From Chiloscyllium plagiosum (Eukaryota), in contig NC_057719.1 of NCBI RefSeq assembly GCF_004010195.1, positions 79,035,678-79,099,677 on the forward strand: a stretch of DNA of 64,000 nucleotides. Reading direction: 5' to 3'. Each line of letters begins with the position of its first letter. The first letter of the stretch is position 1. The position numbers and the translations under genes were made by a program. Positions 1 through 13,952 of this stretch are shown here, one piece after another. The notes beneath the pieces were generated by a model. That model was not told the origin of the DNA, searched no databases, and was given only the letters and a program-made list of their open reading frames with translations.

Positions 1-475
1 GTGACAGTGTGAGGGAGCTGGATTAACATCAGGAGAGATACAGTCAGTAATACAGGGTGCTGGGGGAGAGGGGTTACTGAGTGACTGTGTGAGGGAGCTG
101 CATTAACATCAGAAGAGATAGAGTCAGTAACACAAAGTGCTCGGGGAAAGGGATTACTGAGTGACAATGTGAGGGAGCTGGATTAACATCAGGAGAGATA
201 CAGTCAGTAACACAAGGTGCTGGGGGAGAGGGGTTACTGAGTGAGTGTGAGGGAACTGGATTAACATCAGGAGAGATACAGTCAGTAATACAGGGTGCTA
301 GGGGAGAGGGGTTACTGAGTGACAGTGTGAGGGAGCTGGATTAACATCAGGAGCTGAGTGACAGTGTGAGGGAGCTGGATTAACATCAGGAGAGATACAG
401 TCAGTAACACAAGGTGCTTGGGGAGAGGGGTTACTGAGTGACAGTGTGAAGGGGCTGGACTAACAGCAGTAAAGA
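1..475. repeat. Intronic minisatellite, ~80-bp unit, about 6 copies including partial ones
   Basis: The unit gtgacagtgtgagggagctggattaacatcaggagagatacagtcagtaa...ggggttactga restarts at 1, 81, 161, 241 and about 319, followed by partial copies. Confidence 0.95.
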
Positions 476-536
476 CACGGGGTATGGTTATAATGGGATT
501 AAGATGGATAAATCACTGTAGATGTAATTATTTTAG

Positions 537-662
<126 letters not shown>

Positions 663-844
663 TAAGTCAGGATGGGCTAAAACACATTCCTTGCTCAGAT
701 AATTAATACACATATAATATACAAAATTCATATGGAACCTCTAGAACCTTCAGCATGATGGCATAACTTTGTGACATCAACAGTGTTAACTAATTAGCAC
801 CAAACCAGAAAAATAGTACCATATTCTGGTACCAGTGGAAATGA

Positions 845-1060
<216 letters not shown>

Positions 1061-1715
1061 TAGGTACTGGCTGGAGAACTAAAGGAGTAACCAAGCAATG
1101 GTTGGGTGGCAATGATGAGACTACAACATATTGAAGGCAGTGCCCGTGTCATCGGAGTTGGACACTTGGGCCAGTCCCCAATGCTCCCTGACTCTCACAT
1201 CGAAGTTTTTGTTGTACATGTTTTTGCTCCTAACGCCATCTGATTTTCAAACACTATGTCACTTTGTGAGACATAGAATGCTGGTGACATATATTACTAA
1301 GCTGCCATCTCTTCTCTCTGCTCACAGTATTGGCCCTCGCTGGCTAAATCAATGAGTGTGGAAAATAAATGGGTGCAATAGTCTGCCATTTAGTATTTAT
1401 TTATTAATTCATGGGAAATGAGCTTCACTGGCTGGGTCAGAATTTATTGCTCATCCCTAACTGTCCACGAGAAGATGGTGATGAGCCATCTTGTTGAACT
1501 GCTGCAGCCTCAGTGTGTGGGGACAGCCACTGTGGCGTTGGGGAGGATTTTGACCCAGTGACAGGGAAGTAGTTCCAAGTCATGTGATTGGCTTGGAGGG
1601 GAACTTGCAAGTGCTGGTGTTCCCATGTACCTGCTCCTCAGAAGCCAGTACATCACATCTCTCAGGCAGAACATTGTGAGTTCACATCCCATTCCAGAGA
1701 TCCAAGCCCACCATT

Positions 1716-2095
1716 ATAGAGTCAGAGAGATGTTACAGCACGGAAACAGACCCGTCGGTCCAATGAGTCCTAAATTAATCTCGTCCGATTTGTCAACATC
1801 TGGGCCATTTTCCTCTAACCCTTTCTTATTCATGTTCCCATCCAGATGTCTATTAAATGCTGTAATTGTACCAGCTTCCACCACTTCCTCTGGCAGCTCA
1901 TTCCATACACGTACCACTCTGCATGGAAAAGTTGCCCCTTAAATCACTTTTAAATGTTGCCCTTTCATCTTAAACCTTTACCCTCTAGTTTTGCACTCCT
2001 CTATCCTGGGGATAAGGCCTTGGCTATTCACCCTAGCCATGCCCCTCATGATTTTATAAAGCTCTGTAAGGTCACTTCTCAGCCTACGACGCTCC
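1716..2095 (-). mobile_element. CR1/HER1 LINE 3' fragment
   Basis: Minus-strand peptide MVRVWNELPEEVVEAGTITAFNRHLDG plus the HER1-type 3' UTR shared with other copies in the window. Confidence 0.9.
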
Positions 2096-2376
2096 AATTC
2101 TGGTTGACAATGCCAGTGTCAGTACCAAGGGAATGTTACACGGTCAGAACAACCATCTATCGGCTGAGATATGAAGCCAAGGCTGAAACTGTTGTCTTGA
2201 ATATTTATAAAATAATCCGTGGTACCCACTGAGACAGGGCTGACAATCTTCTTGACACAGAAAGGGATGTGCTGTGTTGGTCACATACACTGCCCAACCT
2301 GGATGGCTACTTGGGGTGTGAGGAGTGTGGTTTTTACAGACAAGGAACTTAATAAGATAATCTCTTCTATTTTCAG

Positions 2377-2405
2377 GTGAGAAGCACGTTGCACAGTGGG
2401 CATGA
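2377..2405 (+). CDS. CLEC18: CLEC18-like terminal coding exon (SEKHVAQWA*)
   Basis: Acceptor tctcttctattttcag. The phase-1 join gives ICQF-SEKHVAQWA-stop, similar to human ICQF-AQEHISRW. AATAAA lies downstream at 2896 and 3327. Confidence 0.75.
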
Positions 2406-2984
2406 ATGGGATGTCAATTGTGTTTCCACGGAGAGATGTGAAACAAGTGTCGATTTGTAAATGAACTGAACTAGCCACCGCAATAGATTAGGAATCGGGG
2501 ATCGTAGGCACTGAGTCCGAGCAAAGGCCAGGGTCAGTTTCGTGGCCAACCAGCACAGTTCTGGCCATCCTGACAGTAGGAAAGTAGTGTGCCCTTGAAA
2601 TGTAAGTCCTTTGTTATAACACAGAGACCCTGCATTCAAACAAGGCAAAGAAGAATTGTTCTCAAGTTCCTGGACTTCTGGACACTAAGGGAATTGGTTC
2701 AAAGGGTCTGGAGTCTTCTCCTTGGTGCTTCCACGACAAAGAAATATCAAAGGTCATAGTACTGCTCACTCTGAGGAATACCTCACCACTCAGTGTTGGG
2801 TTGGGTGGTGGGGAGTTAGTGTTTTATGATTCCCTGCACGACAAGCCGCTGAACTGCTCAGAGCCATTCCCCCAGAGGGTGCAGCAATGAAAACGAATAA
2901 ATGCGCCATGTTGGCAGGCAGATAAGTTATAATTATGTACCCTTCAGATGACATGCCTGCCTCCTCACTGCATTGCTTTGTTCA

Positions 2985-3150
2985 AGGTGTGTGAATGCAT
3001 TCGTGTGTACATGCATTCGTGTGTACATGTGTGGTATGTGCGATTGTGTGTTTGTGTGTGTGTACCTGTACATGCATGTGAGTCTTTGTACATGTGTCTG
3101 TGTGTGTATACAAGTGACTGTATGTGTACATGTTAAGTGTGTGTGTGCTT
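2985..3150. repeat. Degenerate (TG)n/(TA)n low-complexity tract in or near the CLEC18 3' UTR
   Basis: Alternating purine-pyrimidine runs (tgtgtgtacatgcatg...). Confidence 0.85.
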
Positions 3151-4610
3151 TCACCTTCTGGCTGCATTGTGAGTACAATTACAGTTCTCAACACTCACTT
3201 GGTGCTAATATAAAAAGGGTAGTGTTATCACTGATTAGGAAGTCTGTAGCAACCTGCCATTGTATAAGCTGAACAAAACTCCATGTAGTGTAACCAGCTG
3301 TAGTAAAACTGCCTGGTTAAAGGTCAAATAAACATGTTCAAATGTTACCAACTAATTAGCTCAACATTAAAAGTCGGATGAGCGGCATTCACATCTGGAA
3401 GTCTCTACCAAAACTGAAGTGTATTTTACAGCCAAAATGGATGTCATCTTTCCCCAGGGCCTCCCAGTGTGACAAACAGGAAAGTTTCACTAGGACCAAC
3501 ATTGTCTGAGGTCAATCCCAGCCAACTGGCCTTCTCCTCCAGGCTCCTTCTCCTCTCTGCCTCCAGAATGGTACATAATTCCCTCTTAAATCCACTTACA
3601 ACATCTGAATAATGATGGAAATGCTGAAATTCCACTTCTGAATACCTCCATCTTCCTTCGCCACATTGAACCTTCTTTCGTAAACTCTTCTTCCCAAATC
3701 TCTTTACGATACAGACTATTAGCAAGTCCAATTCCAGACCCACCAACACTGCATTCATTAATCTGTATTGGCCCCTGATGTCTCCTTCTAGCTGGGGAAT
3801 GTCATAGAATGATTATAGCATGGATGGCCATTCAGCCCATTTTGTCTGTGCCAACTCTATGCAAGATCAACTTGGCCCATCCCATTCCTTTGACCTTTCC
3901 ACATAGCCCTGTCACTTAAACTTCTTTCACGTGTTTATTCAAGTCCATTTCGATACCACACCTCTACCACACTCTCATGCAGAACATTCCAGTTCTGAAC
4001 CAATGCATGAAAAGGTTTTTCTCATGAAATCACTGGGCTCATTTGCTGTTCATCTTATACCCTTTGGTTCTCAAACATTCTGCCAACGAGAACAATTTCT
4101 CCCCATCTATTCTGTCCTGATCCATCATGATTTTGAAAGCCTCAATGAAATCTCTGCATCATTGAACATACAAACAAGGAACAACAGTAGGCCTGTCAGC
4201 TCCACTGTTCAATAAGATCATGGCGGTTTTGATTTTAACCTCAACCCTACATTCCTGCACATCCCCAGTAATCTTTCATCTGCCTTAAAAATATTTCCTT
4301 TTAAGGATGAGAAATCTAAAGACCGATAAGCCTCATCTCTGTTTTAAATGGCTAATCCCTTACTTTTTTAAACTATGGCTCTCAGTTCCAGATTCTGGCA
4401 CTAGAGAGCACACCATTTCAACACTGACCTGGTCAAGTTCCCTCAGGATCTTAGCTATTTCAGTTAAGTCACCTCTTACTATTCTAAGCTCCAGAAAACA
4501 CAGGCCTAGCATGTGTAGACTTTCTTCACAAGGCAATCCACTCATCATAGGTATTATCCTAGTGAACCTTCTCTGAACTGCTTCCAACATTCCTCTGTAC
4601 ATAGCAGCAT

Positions 4611-4930
4611 AGGGCAGCATGGTGGCTCAGCAGTTAGCACCGGTACCTCGTAGCACAGGAATCCAGGTTCTATTCCATCCTCAAGTAACTGTTTGTATGG
4701 ACTTTGCACATTATCTCCATGTCTATGTGGGGCTATCCTCCCACAGTCCAAAGATGTGCAGGTAAGGTAGATTGCCTATGCTAAATTGTTCATAGTGTCT
4801 AGGGATATGCAAGCTAGGTGGATTAGCCAGGGGAAATGGAGAGAGATGAGGATCTGGGCGGGATGCTCTTCAGATGGCCAATGTGGACTCGATGGGACAA
4901 GTGGCCTGCTTCCATAATATAGGGATTTTA
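4611..4930 (+). mobile_element. HE1-type tRNA-derived SINE
   Basis: A-box-like ggtggctcagcagtt, B-box-like ggttctattcc, body ctcccacagtccaaagatgtgcagg, and a tail shared with the CR1 3' end. Confidence 0.85.
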
Positions 4931-6848
4931 TGTACAGTGATCGATACTGTATTCAGTACTCCAATGTGGTTTCACTAGTGCTCTGTAATGGAAGCAAAAC
5001 CCTCCTTACTTTTGTCCTCATTTCCCCTTGCAATAAAACATAACATTTCTATTAGGTTTACCAAATAATCAGGAAAGCTATTTACTAAACGTCTGTGTTT
5101 AATGCACTGGGACTATCAAATCCCGGTTTACTCTCGTCATTTAGGTAAAATATTTCTTTCTACCAAAATGGGCGAGTTCACTTTCTCACATTGGACTCCA
5201 TTCACCAGATCTTTGCGCACTCACTTGGTCCACCCACATCCCTTTGTAGGTTCCTTACGTCCTCTTCACCACTGAACTTGCTATCTTTGTGTCATCAGCA
5301 AATGTAGCCACCAGCACATGGTTATTTACAACAGACTACCTGTTAGAGAATGGGATACACTCAAGGGACTCCTTCCTTACCTGGCAATCACCCAATCTAC
5401 TTTCTCTCCCCGGTTGCATACGCTCAAGGTGCAGTCAATTCTGCTATAATGCATTAGCTCCATTCTTGTGCAATCCGTATTATAAGAAAATTGCATAATA
5501 GCACCACTGTTAATGGGACTAGAATCAGGTTATAACCAGTACACACTTTAAAAGTTCATGCTATAGAAACAGTGTCCCCAATTCGTCATCAGGTTGTAGC
5601 GACTTTGCATTAAGCAAACGCACATTATAGCAGAATGACCTGTTAGGGGTGATTACATCCAGAACAATGCCCTCCACCTAACCCTCAACCTCACAGTTGG
5701 ACCACAGAGATGCCAGCTGTTACACAAACCCAGCTCATGACATTTACCGCTAATGTGTCCATCTGAGACTTGAAATGTAGGGTAAGCCTGCACTAGGTGA
5801 GCTGCTATCTTCCAATAATGTGGTACTGAGTCCAGCTCACCACATAGAATGATGCCAGGCCATGTCCCTGTTCTCAGCTGTTTTGCCTTCCTGTTACCAG
5901 GCTCCAGCGTTTGATCTCCAGCAAGCTGAGAGGTGCATTTGTGATTGGGACACAGGAGCAGGACTTTCTGCTGAAATAGGAACTTGGCAGAAATCAGAAA
6001 CGTCAGGGTGGCAGGGTGTCACAGGGTAACGATCAGAAGGTGAAGTCAGATCTTGGCTGACTTTATAATTTTTTTTCAAACACACATAGTTGGCTCCAGC
6101 AATGCTGTGGACCCAATCATCCGTCAAGGATTAAATTTGTTCCCACAGCATAGGGCAGAAATCCAACTCAGTCTCCCAACTTGCTCTGCGGACTAGTCAA
6201 TTTACTGACTGCCAGAATCCTGCTGTTAGGCATTTGCTGCCTTCCTGCAGGGTCACCATCTTCAGTTGGTTGACTTGTCAGAGCTCTCTGTTCCTGAATG
6301 TTCTACATTTCCTCCCTCACGCGGATCTGACTTTCAACAATCATGTAATTGATTACATTTCTGGTAATTCGATAGTAATTCATACGCTCTCTGGCTGCCC
6401 AAAAAGCCCTGTACAGCCGATGAACTATGTTTGGAATGAGCCACTGCAGCAATGAAAGAAACACAGCAGCCAGTTTACAAAGCAAGATCCCACAAATAGC
6501 AATTCCACAATGACGTGGAATTTACTTTTACTAGTAGCTGCGATAAATAGGAGCACATGCAATACTTCCTGCTATTTCCTTTTGAAATAGAGGCATGGGA
6601 TCTTTTAACATCCAGCCAACTGGGTAGGCTGGGCCTCCTTCGAGTATATCACCTGAAAAATGGTACCTCCCCCAGTACAGCAATCCACCAGTACTGCACT
6701 GGGAGTGGAGGGCTGGAGTTGGGCTTAAGCTCCTTTTGGCACAGATTCCCTCAAATAAGAGGCCTGGGCAGTTTGAAAGGTGGTAAGAGGATTAAAATGT
6801 CCTTTGTTCCAGCAACAGCAGTGCAGAAATTACACGTACACATCATCT

Positions 6849-6854
6849 TTTATT
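6849..6854 (-). promoter_or_regulatory. Probable poly(A) signal of the PPP1R14 gene
   Basis: AATAAA on the minus strand about 250 nt after the stop codon. Confidence 0.55.
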
Positions 6855-7100
6855 AACATTTTTAACAAAAATGATCCATAAATAGCCACAAACATATCCT
6901 GCTCATTCTCTATTTTCTGGTTATAAATCAGTGAACTTGATCCACAGTCTGACATGCTTCACATATTTCAGTCCCACAGTTGATCCCTTTTTTGACCAAA
7001 ACAAGGGTGTTATTTCATAAATAGGTCAGGGCAAGGCTGGTCTGACCACACACTCCATTTCGTCTTGGTGACTCTGTTCCATTGATAGCAGAAGTCCGCG

Positions 7101-7169
7101 TCACTTCTTCTGAGAGACTGACATTTTCCGAAGACCTTTTATTCTAAGTAGCAGCTCGTTAATAAAATC
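7101..7169 (-). CDS. PPP1R14: PPP1R14-family PP1 inhibitor, last exon (DFINELLLRIKGLRKMSVSQKK*)
   Basis: Acceptor ctctggtctag, phase 0, TGA stop at 7103-7101. Matches the family C-terminus F I . E L L . R I . G . R K . S . . Q K K. Confidence 0.9.
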   Translation of the reverse strand, partial: DFINELLLRIKGLRKMSVSQKK

Positions 7170-7534
7170 CTAGACCAGAGTTGGGTAAACAAAGAAAACA
7201 AGTTTTATTCTTAAAGCTTTTCTTTCTCATTGGGAACTCTCAATGTCAGTGGGCAAGTGACTGTAACTAAGTATTCAAGAAAGGATTGCGTCAAGAAAGG
7301 ATAAATTAGCCTTAATTCTCTACTAAGCTGACCTTTCCCTAAAACTCTGCTTCCTTCTACCATTCAGGCATGTTATTATCCACTTCTAGAGCAGCTGGGA
7401 CTTAAACCTAGGCCTTCTGTCAGAGAGGTAGGGACATTACCACTGTACCACCAGAGCCCTAGGGTTATGGTTTACATTACTCAAAGTCTGTACGTAAGGT
7501 CACTCAGAAAATGGAAGGTGAATAGATTATAGCG

Positions 7535-7762
7535 TCATAGAGATGTACACCATGGAAACAGACCCTTCAGTCCAACCTGTCCATGCCGCCCAGATATCCC
7601 AACCCAATCTAGTCCCACCTGCCATCACCCGGCCCATATCCCTCCAAACCCTTCCTATTCATATACCCATCCAAATGCCTCTTAAATGTTGCAATTGTAC
7701 CAGCCTCCACCACTTCTTCTGGCAGCTCATTCCATACACGCATCACCCTCTGTGTGAAAAGG
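7535..7762 (-). mobile_element. CR1/HER1 LINE 3' end
   Basis: Peptide FTQRVMRVWNELPEEVVEAGTIATFKRHLDGYMNRKGLEGYG plus the ctctatga tail. Confidence 0.9.
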
Positions 7763-10084
7763 TTGCATTTCACACTTTTGAGAGCTGAGGCAGAATGGAT
7801 CTGTGGATCTTTGACCATTATATCTCACAATGCCCAAGATATTTAGTATCCTCTGTCAATTATTTTTTATTCCTGGGTTATTATCGAGCCTGCCATAATA
7901 TAAACTCATGTTTCAGACAAATTAACAAGAAATGAATTTTTTGGAGTGGTTTCCAAGTTTAATGCGATCATCTTCCAAGGAAGAAAACTTTCAGACTCAG
8001 TTGCGAGATGTAAATAATAACAAGTATTTATCTTGATCAGTCTGTGGTTGGCTGATGATGAGCTGTTAATCTCTTGTGGATAAAACGAGACTGTGGGAAT
8101 GAATATTAAAAATACAGCTGCTCAATTAAATAAAAAAACAAGGCCATTAAAAATCACTCAAAATATTTGCATTCCAATGTACCCCTCCACTAATCATCTT
8201 GAGAGAGGTGATTCACACTATGACCAAATTTTGAGATGCTGAGTAATCTGGGAGTAATTGAAAGGAGCTCCAATGTTCACAAGAAATGAACTTAAACAAG
8301 AACCATGCTTGGAATAAAAAGGTTTGAAATTCATCTTGGGCACCAGCCAAAATTGCTGGTGTATTAGCAACCCATTATGCACTTGAGCCAATTTCCATTT
8401 CCATTGACGTCAATGGTCCCAACTGGCATTGTTTTAAGATTATGCGATATTTACCTACATCTGCATTTGATTCACTTTTCATTCTTGATTTCCTGTCATA
8501 TCTTTAAATCCTCATAAAAGGTACCCCTGTGCTATTTGACTTTTACAAAACAAAATGAACTGCTGCATTTTTAATTTGCTGGAAAATAATTATTCCTCAG
8601 GGTCTATTTTATTTTGTCATGTAAACTTATAGCCAGTCAACTTAATTCAGTTGAATGACATTTCCTTATCATCTGTCTGGTAGCACTGTCAGGGAATGTA
8701 ATAGTTGAGGTTTTGGTGCTCAAAAATTATGCTTAACATTATCCTTTAAGTTTGTTTTGTGTAGATTACATTTCACTGTTCTAAGAATTAAACTTTGTAT
8801 AAGAGTTTAGCTTTAGAAAATGTCGTCAATGTTAACTTATTTTTAAAAAACGATTAATTAGAATGCACTAAATGTAATGCAATACAGGTGAGCATGTTAC
8901 AGTCCCTGACCAAACAATAGCTGAACTGTGGCAAGTTAAAATAGCAAAGATTTCAAAGATGACCACATGCCAACTCAGCCTGCTCATTTCCTGATTTAAC
9001 GGAGGCACATTTGGTTGCATTTCAGTAACCTGCTAACCGGAGAAAGGTAAATATCATCAATCTAAAATCAGATGAGGGTGACAATTGCAAGTCAAAACAG
9101 GCTGCAATGTTTTTCATAGGTGGGGTTCCTGGGACTAGAGAGAGGCTGTTAAATTTTATTTTTTATCAGAGCTCATACTAACCTATGTGCTCTTGTGTTT
9201 GACTTGCTTCATGATGAATATCAATCCATGACCATCTCATTGTGCTTGTCATTCTTCTTCTCCTTTTCTTCCCATTCTTCAATATTCCATCAGTGAATTA
9301 CCATTCCTTTAAATTAGAATCTTCATCACTACCATGTAATGTATCCTGTGCAGCTTCAGCAGAGGTAGACGTAGGTCATTCCCTGACTGCTGACATACCA
9401 TTTGGAACACATCTTCTGAAATATGGAACACCTGGGAGTGCCATCAAAAAAATGTGCGATCGTTAGCTATCCAGGGGAAAAACTTGACCATCAGGAGACA
9501 AAATTGAACTCCAGGGGGTTCACCACCACTGACTACCACAAGCATATCTTCACTTGTTAATATATGGTTTGGGATTCCAATAGTTCAATGAGGAATAAGA
9601 TTGGTCTTATTGTTAATCTTGTACATGGGACCGAGGCGATTTGTTTTTCATGCAAACTGGCTACAGAAAAAGGATGTATCAAAGCAATCTTGCAGGATAA
9701 TGGTGGCTCTGATCAGATCATTTCTTGCTGTATATCATGCAAACTCATGAATGGTCCTTAAAGGCTATCATTTTTAATTCTGAAAGGTGTCCAGTCTATC
9801 TCACATTACCTTGGAGGATAAAGTAGCTCAAACGAATAGCAATGTCCAGCAGTAACAAGATGAGGGTGTAAGGAAGATGCTGCAATCAAGCCAAAAATAT
9901 ATTCTGCCTGTCATACAGATGAATAATGTTGTATAAGGTGTGATGTTGGATATGTAGGCTGTTCTTCCCAAAGACTGGTAGACTGCTATGAAATTGCATA
10001 ATCATTAAGTTGTTTGTAATTAGCAAAGTAAGGGTGGTATCTAATGAGCCCATGCTTGCAAAACTTAAAACATTGTCCAACATT

Positions 10085-12210
10085 TAGATGGAGAGGAATA
10101 TCTTAAGTGCATACAAGACAGTTTTCTGATTCAGTATGTGGATGTACCGACTAGAGAAGGTGCAAAACCTGATCTACTCTTGGGAAATAAGGCAGGGCAG
10201 GTGACTGAGGTGTCAGTGGGAGAGCACTTTGGGGCCAGCAACCATATTTCTATTAGATTTAAAATAGTGATGGAAAAGGATAGACCAGATCTAAAAGTTG
10301 AAGTTCTAAATTGGAGAAAGGCCAATTTTGACAGTATTAGGCAAGAACTTTCAAAAGCTGATTGGAGGCAGATGTTCACAGGTAAAGGGGAGGCTGGAAA
10401 ATGGGAAGCCTTCAGAAATGAGATAATGAGACCCCAGAGAAAGTATATTCCTGTCAGGGTGAAAGGGAAGGCTGGTAGTATAGGGAATGCTGGAGGACTA
10501 AAGAAATTGAGGGTTTGGTTAAGAAAAAGAAGGAAGCATATATAAGATATAGACAGGATAGATCGAGTGAATCCTTAGAAGAGTATAAAGAAAGTAGGAG
10601 TATACTTGAGGGATATCAGGAGGGCAAAAAGGGGACATGAGAAAGCTTTGGCAAGTAGAATTAAGGAGAATCCAAAGAGTTTTTACAAATACATTAAGGA
10701 CAAAAGGGTAACTAGGGAGAGAATACGGCCCCTCAAAGATCAGCAAGGCAGCCTTTGTGTGGAGCCACAGAAAATGGGGGAGATACTAAATGAATACTTT
10801 GCATCAGTATTTACTGTGGAAAAGGATATGGAAGATATAGACTGTATGGAAATAGATGGTGACATCTTGAAAAATGTCCAGATTACAGAGGAGGGAGTGC
10901 TGGATGTGTTGAAATGGGTAAAAGTGGATAAATCCCCAGGACCTGATCAGGTGTACCCGAGAACTCTGTGGGAAGCTAGGGAAGTGATTGCTGGGCCCCT
11001 TGCTGAGATATTTGTATCATCGATAGTCACAGGTGAGCTGCCGGAAGACTGGAGGTTTGTTAACATGGTGCCACTGTTTAGGAAAGGTGGTAAGAACAAG
11101 CCAGGGAACTACAGACCAGTGAGCCTGATGTTGGTGGGCAAGTTGTTGGAGGGAATCCTGAGGGACAGGATGTACATGTATTTGGAAAGGCAATGGCTGA
11201 TTAGGGATAGTCAACATGGCTTTGTGCATGGTAAATCATGTTTCAGAAACTTGATTGAGTTTTTTGAGGAAGGAACAAAGAGGATTGATGAGGGCAGAGC
11301 AGTAGATGTGATCTATATGGACTTCAGTAAGGCATTCGACAAGGTTCCCCATGGGAGACTGATTAGCAAGGTTAGATTTCATGGAATACAGGGAGAACTA
11401 GCCATTTGGATACAGAACTGGCTCAAAGGTAGAAGACAGAGGGTGGTGGCAGAGGGTCTGTTTTTCAGACTGGAGGCCTGTGACCAGTGGAGTGCCACAA
11501 GGATCAGTGCTGGGTCCTCTACTTTTTGTCATTTACATAAATGATTTGGATGCGAGCATAAGAGGTACAGTTAGTAAGTTTGCAGATGACACCAAAATTG
11601 GAGATGTGGTGGACAGCAAAGAGGGTTACCTCAGATTACAACAGGATCTGGACCAGATGGGCATTGGCTGAGAAGTGGCAGATGGAGTTTAATTCAGATA
11701 AATGCGAAGTGCTGCATTTTGGGAAAGCAAATCTTAGCAGGACTTATACACTTAATGGTAAGGTCCTAGGGAGTGTTGCTGAACAAAGAGACCTTGGAAT
11801 GCAGGTTCATAGCTCCTTGAATGTGGAGTCACTGGTAGATAAGATAATGAAGAAGGCGTTTGGTGCTTTCCTTTATCGGTCAGAGTATGGAGTACAGGAG
11901 TTGGGAGGTCATGTTGCGGCTGTACAGGATATTGTGGATCAGTGGTGCTGGAAGAGCACAGCAATTCAGGCAGCATCCGAGGACAGGCAAACGGATGCTG
12001 CCTGAATTGCTGTGCTCTTCCAGCACCACTGATCCAGAATCTGGTTTCCAGCATCTGCAGTCATTGTTTTTACCTGTACAGGATATTGGTTAGGCCACTG
12101 TTGGAATATTGCATGCAATTCTAGTCTCCTTCCTATTGGAAAGATGTTGTGAAACTTGAAAAGGTTCAGAAAAGATTTACAAGGATGTTGCCAGGGTTGG
12201 AGGATTTGAT
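10085..12210 (+). mobile_element. CR1/HER1 LINE ORF2 (end of endonuclease plus reverse transcriptase), frameshifted
   Basis: Motifs [50 protein letters not shown] and KFADDTK across several frames. Confidence 0.97.
11935..12073. mobile_element. Penelope-type terminal-repeat fold-back insert within the CR1 element
   Basis: Perfect 45-bp inverted repeat (11935-11979 and 11992-12036) flanked by a 15-bp target-site duplication ctgtacaggatattg (11920-11934 and 12074-12088). Confidence 0.8.
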
Positions 12211-12294
12211 TATTCTGAATTAACTAGCCAAAGTGGAGGCCTTTCCACACAAGGAGCAGACCACCTGGGGAAAATTGAGAGGGAGGTTATCATG

Positions 12295-12735
12295 TTAAGA
12301 GCAAAAGACATAGGAGGAGAAATTAGGCCATTCACCCTATTGAGTCTGCTCTGCCATTCAAATCATGACTGATACGTTTTTCAACACCATTCTCCCACCT
12401 CTTTCCCTTGACAATCAAGAACCTATCTATCTCAGTCTTAAGTATACTCAATGCCCTAGCCTCCACAGCTTTCTTTTTGTGGTGAATTCCATAGATTCAC
12501 CACCCTCTGGCTGAAGAAGTCTCTCCTTATCTCTGTTCTAAAAGGTCTTCCCTTTACTCTAAGGCTGTGTCCTCGGGTCCTAGTCTCTTCTACCAATGGA
12601 AACAGCTTCCCAACATCCACTCTGTCCAGGCCATTCAGTATTCTGTAAGTTTCAATTAGGTCACCCTTCATCCTTCTAAACTCCATCAAATATAGATCCA
12701 GGGTCCTCAAACGTTCCTCTAATGTTAAGCTTTTC
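12295..12735 (-). mobile_element. CR1 LINE 3' fragment, second subfamily
   Basis: Peptide EERLRTLDLYLMEFRRMKGDLIETYRILNGLDRVD...FFSQRVVNLWNS. Confidence 0.88.
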
Positions 12736-13919
12736 ATGTTGTCAGAATTAAATTGATAGTAGGGACTGAAAGGCATTGAGCAGATTGAGAGATGATGTAT
12801 TAAATTCATTGGGTGCTGTATGTTGGCACAGGGTAGTTACTTTACATATTTTGGTCTCATTAATAATGTGCACTGACATTCCGGAGTTGAAAATGCTTTA
12901 CGTTTTGATAAAATGTCCACTGGGGGCAGTTTGCTTTTTTCCATTTATTTCCATTTTAGCTCCACACATTGCACCAGAGCTGGAGAAGATTCCTCTGTTT
13001 CACTTCTTACACAGAATTGCTTAGCGTTTGCAATAAAGAAACAGGGCCTTCCACTCAACATACCTGCCTCCTACCTTATTTCAGCTAACCCTCTCGGATT
13101 ATTCATCTAGTCCTTCCCCACGTGCTCATTGAGCTTCCCCTTAAATACATCTATGCTATTTACATTCTAAGTACCCTGAATACTTCTCCTGATATTTCTC
13201 CTGAATTTTTCATTGAATTTTGTAGTGACTATCTTAATATCCTAAAGACTCCCTAGTTCCTCAACAAGTAGAAACATCTACCTTATCAAACCCCGACAAA
13301 GCATTCAAGATTCATTCAGAATTATCTTTTCAATTTTCTCGTGGTGTACCCTCTTATTACTGGTAATAGTGTTTTTGCATTTTCCTTTATATAAATTTAT
13401 CTAATAACAGAGCTCAGAACTCAGTGATCCAGGTATGGTGTAACCAAAGTCCAATTTTGGATTCTGTTCCTTTAGGAAGCAGTTATACAGGCTGTGATCC
13501 TCTTGACTATAGAGATGTGAAGCCAGTAATATTATTTCAACAGTAAATGGGAAGTTATCAGATAGCTATCTTGATTGTGTGATTTGTTGTAATTGAGAGG
13601 GATACAGCAATGTGACAAAAGGTTAAGTATGCTCATATTGCTCCAAGCATAATATCCTACTACCCAGCCAGATTTATGTTCAGGCACTCAGTCGACATGA
13701 ACTATCAACAGGAAAGAAGCTGCAAGTCTCCTGAACCACCCAATGCAGCACATCCACCAGTTCAGCTAATCCACCTAATCTAGTGACCCAGTGTGATATC
13801 CAGCCCTATGACCTAGCTGATCCACTAAAACCTCTGAACAACCCTCCTTTCTGAGGGGCCTGCAAGTGAAGTAACCTTGTGTGAGAGAGAGGTCACTGAG
13901 ATCAGGTGGGTTCACTTAC

Positions 13920-13952
13920 GTCTGTGGGTTTACAACATTCATGCAGCATCTC
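13920..13952 (-). CDS. PPP1R14: PPP1R14-family exon 3 (EMLHECCKPTD)
   Basis: 33-nt exon, acceptor tttcctcacag, donor gtaagt, phase 0-0. Matches the family segment E.L..C.KPT(E/D). Confidence 0.9.

Noticed and set aside
1..475. Regular repeats that might suggest a CRISPR array
   Set aside because: The units repeat in full with no unique spacers, in a eukaryotic intron. This is a minisatellite.
1328..1355. Alternative last CLEC18 exon after ctcacag
   Set aside because: The phase-1 join gives ILALAG* with no similarity to CLEC18. The exon at 2377-2405 matches the known C-terminus better.
2933..3272. Cys/Val- and His/Thr-rich ORFs
   Set aside because: Translations of a TG/CA low-complexity tract.
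4611..4690. tRNA-like A/B boxes here and at other SINE heads
   Set aside because: These are HE1-type SINE 5' ends, not tRNA genes.
10606..11544. 312-aa ORF, the longest in the window
   Set aside because: Frameshifted CR1 LINE reverse-transcriptase fragment, not a host gene.
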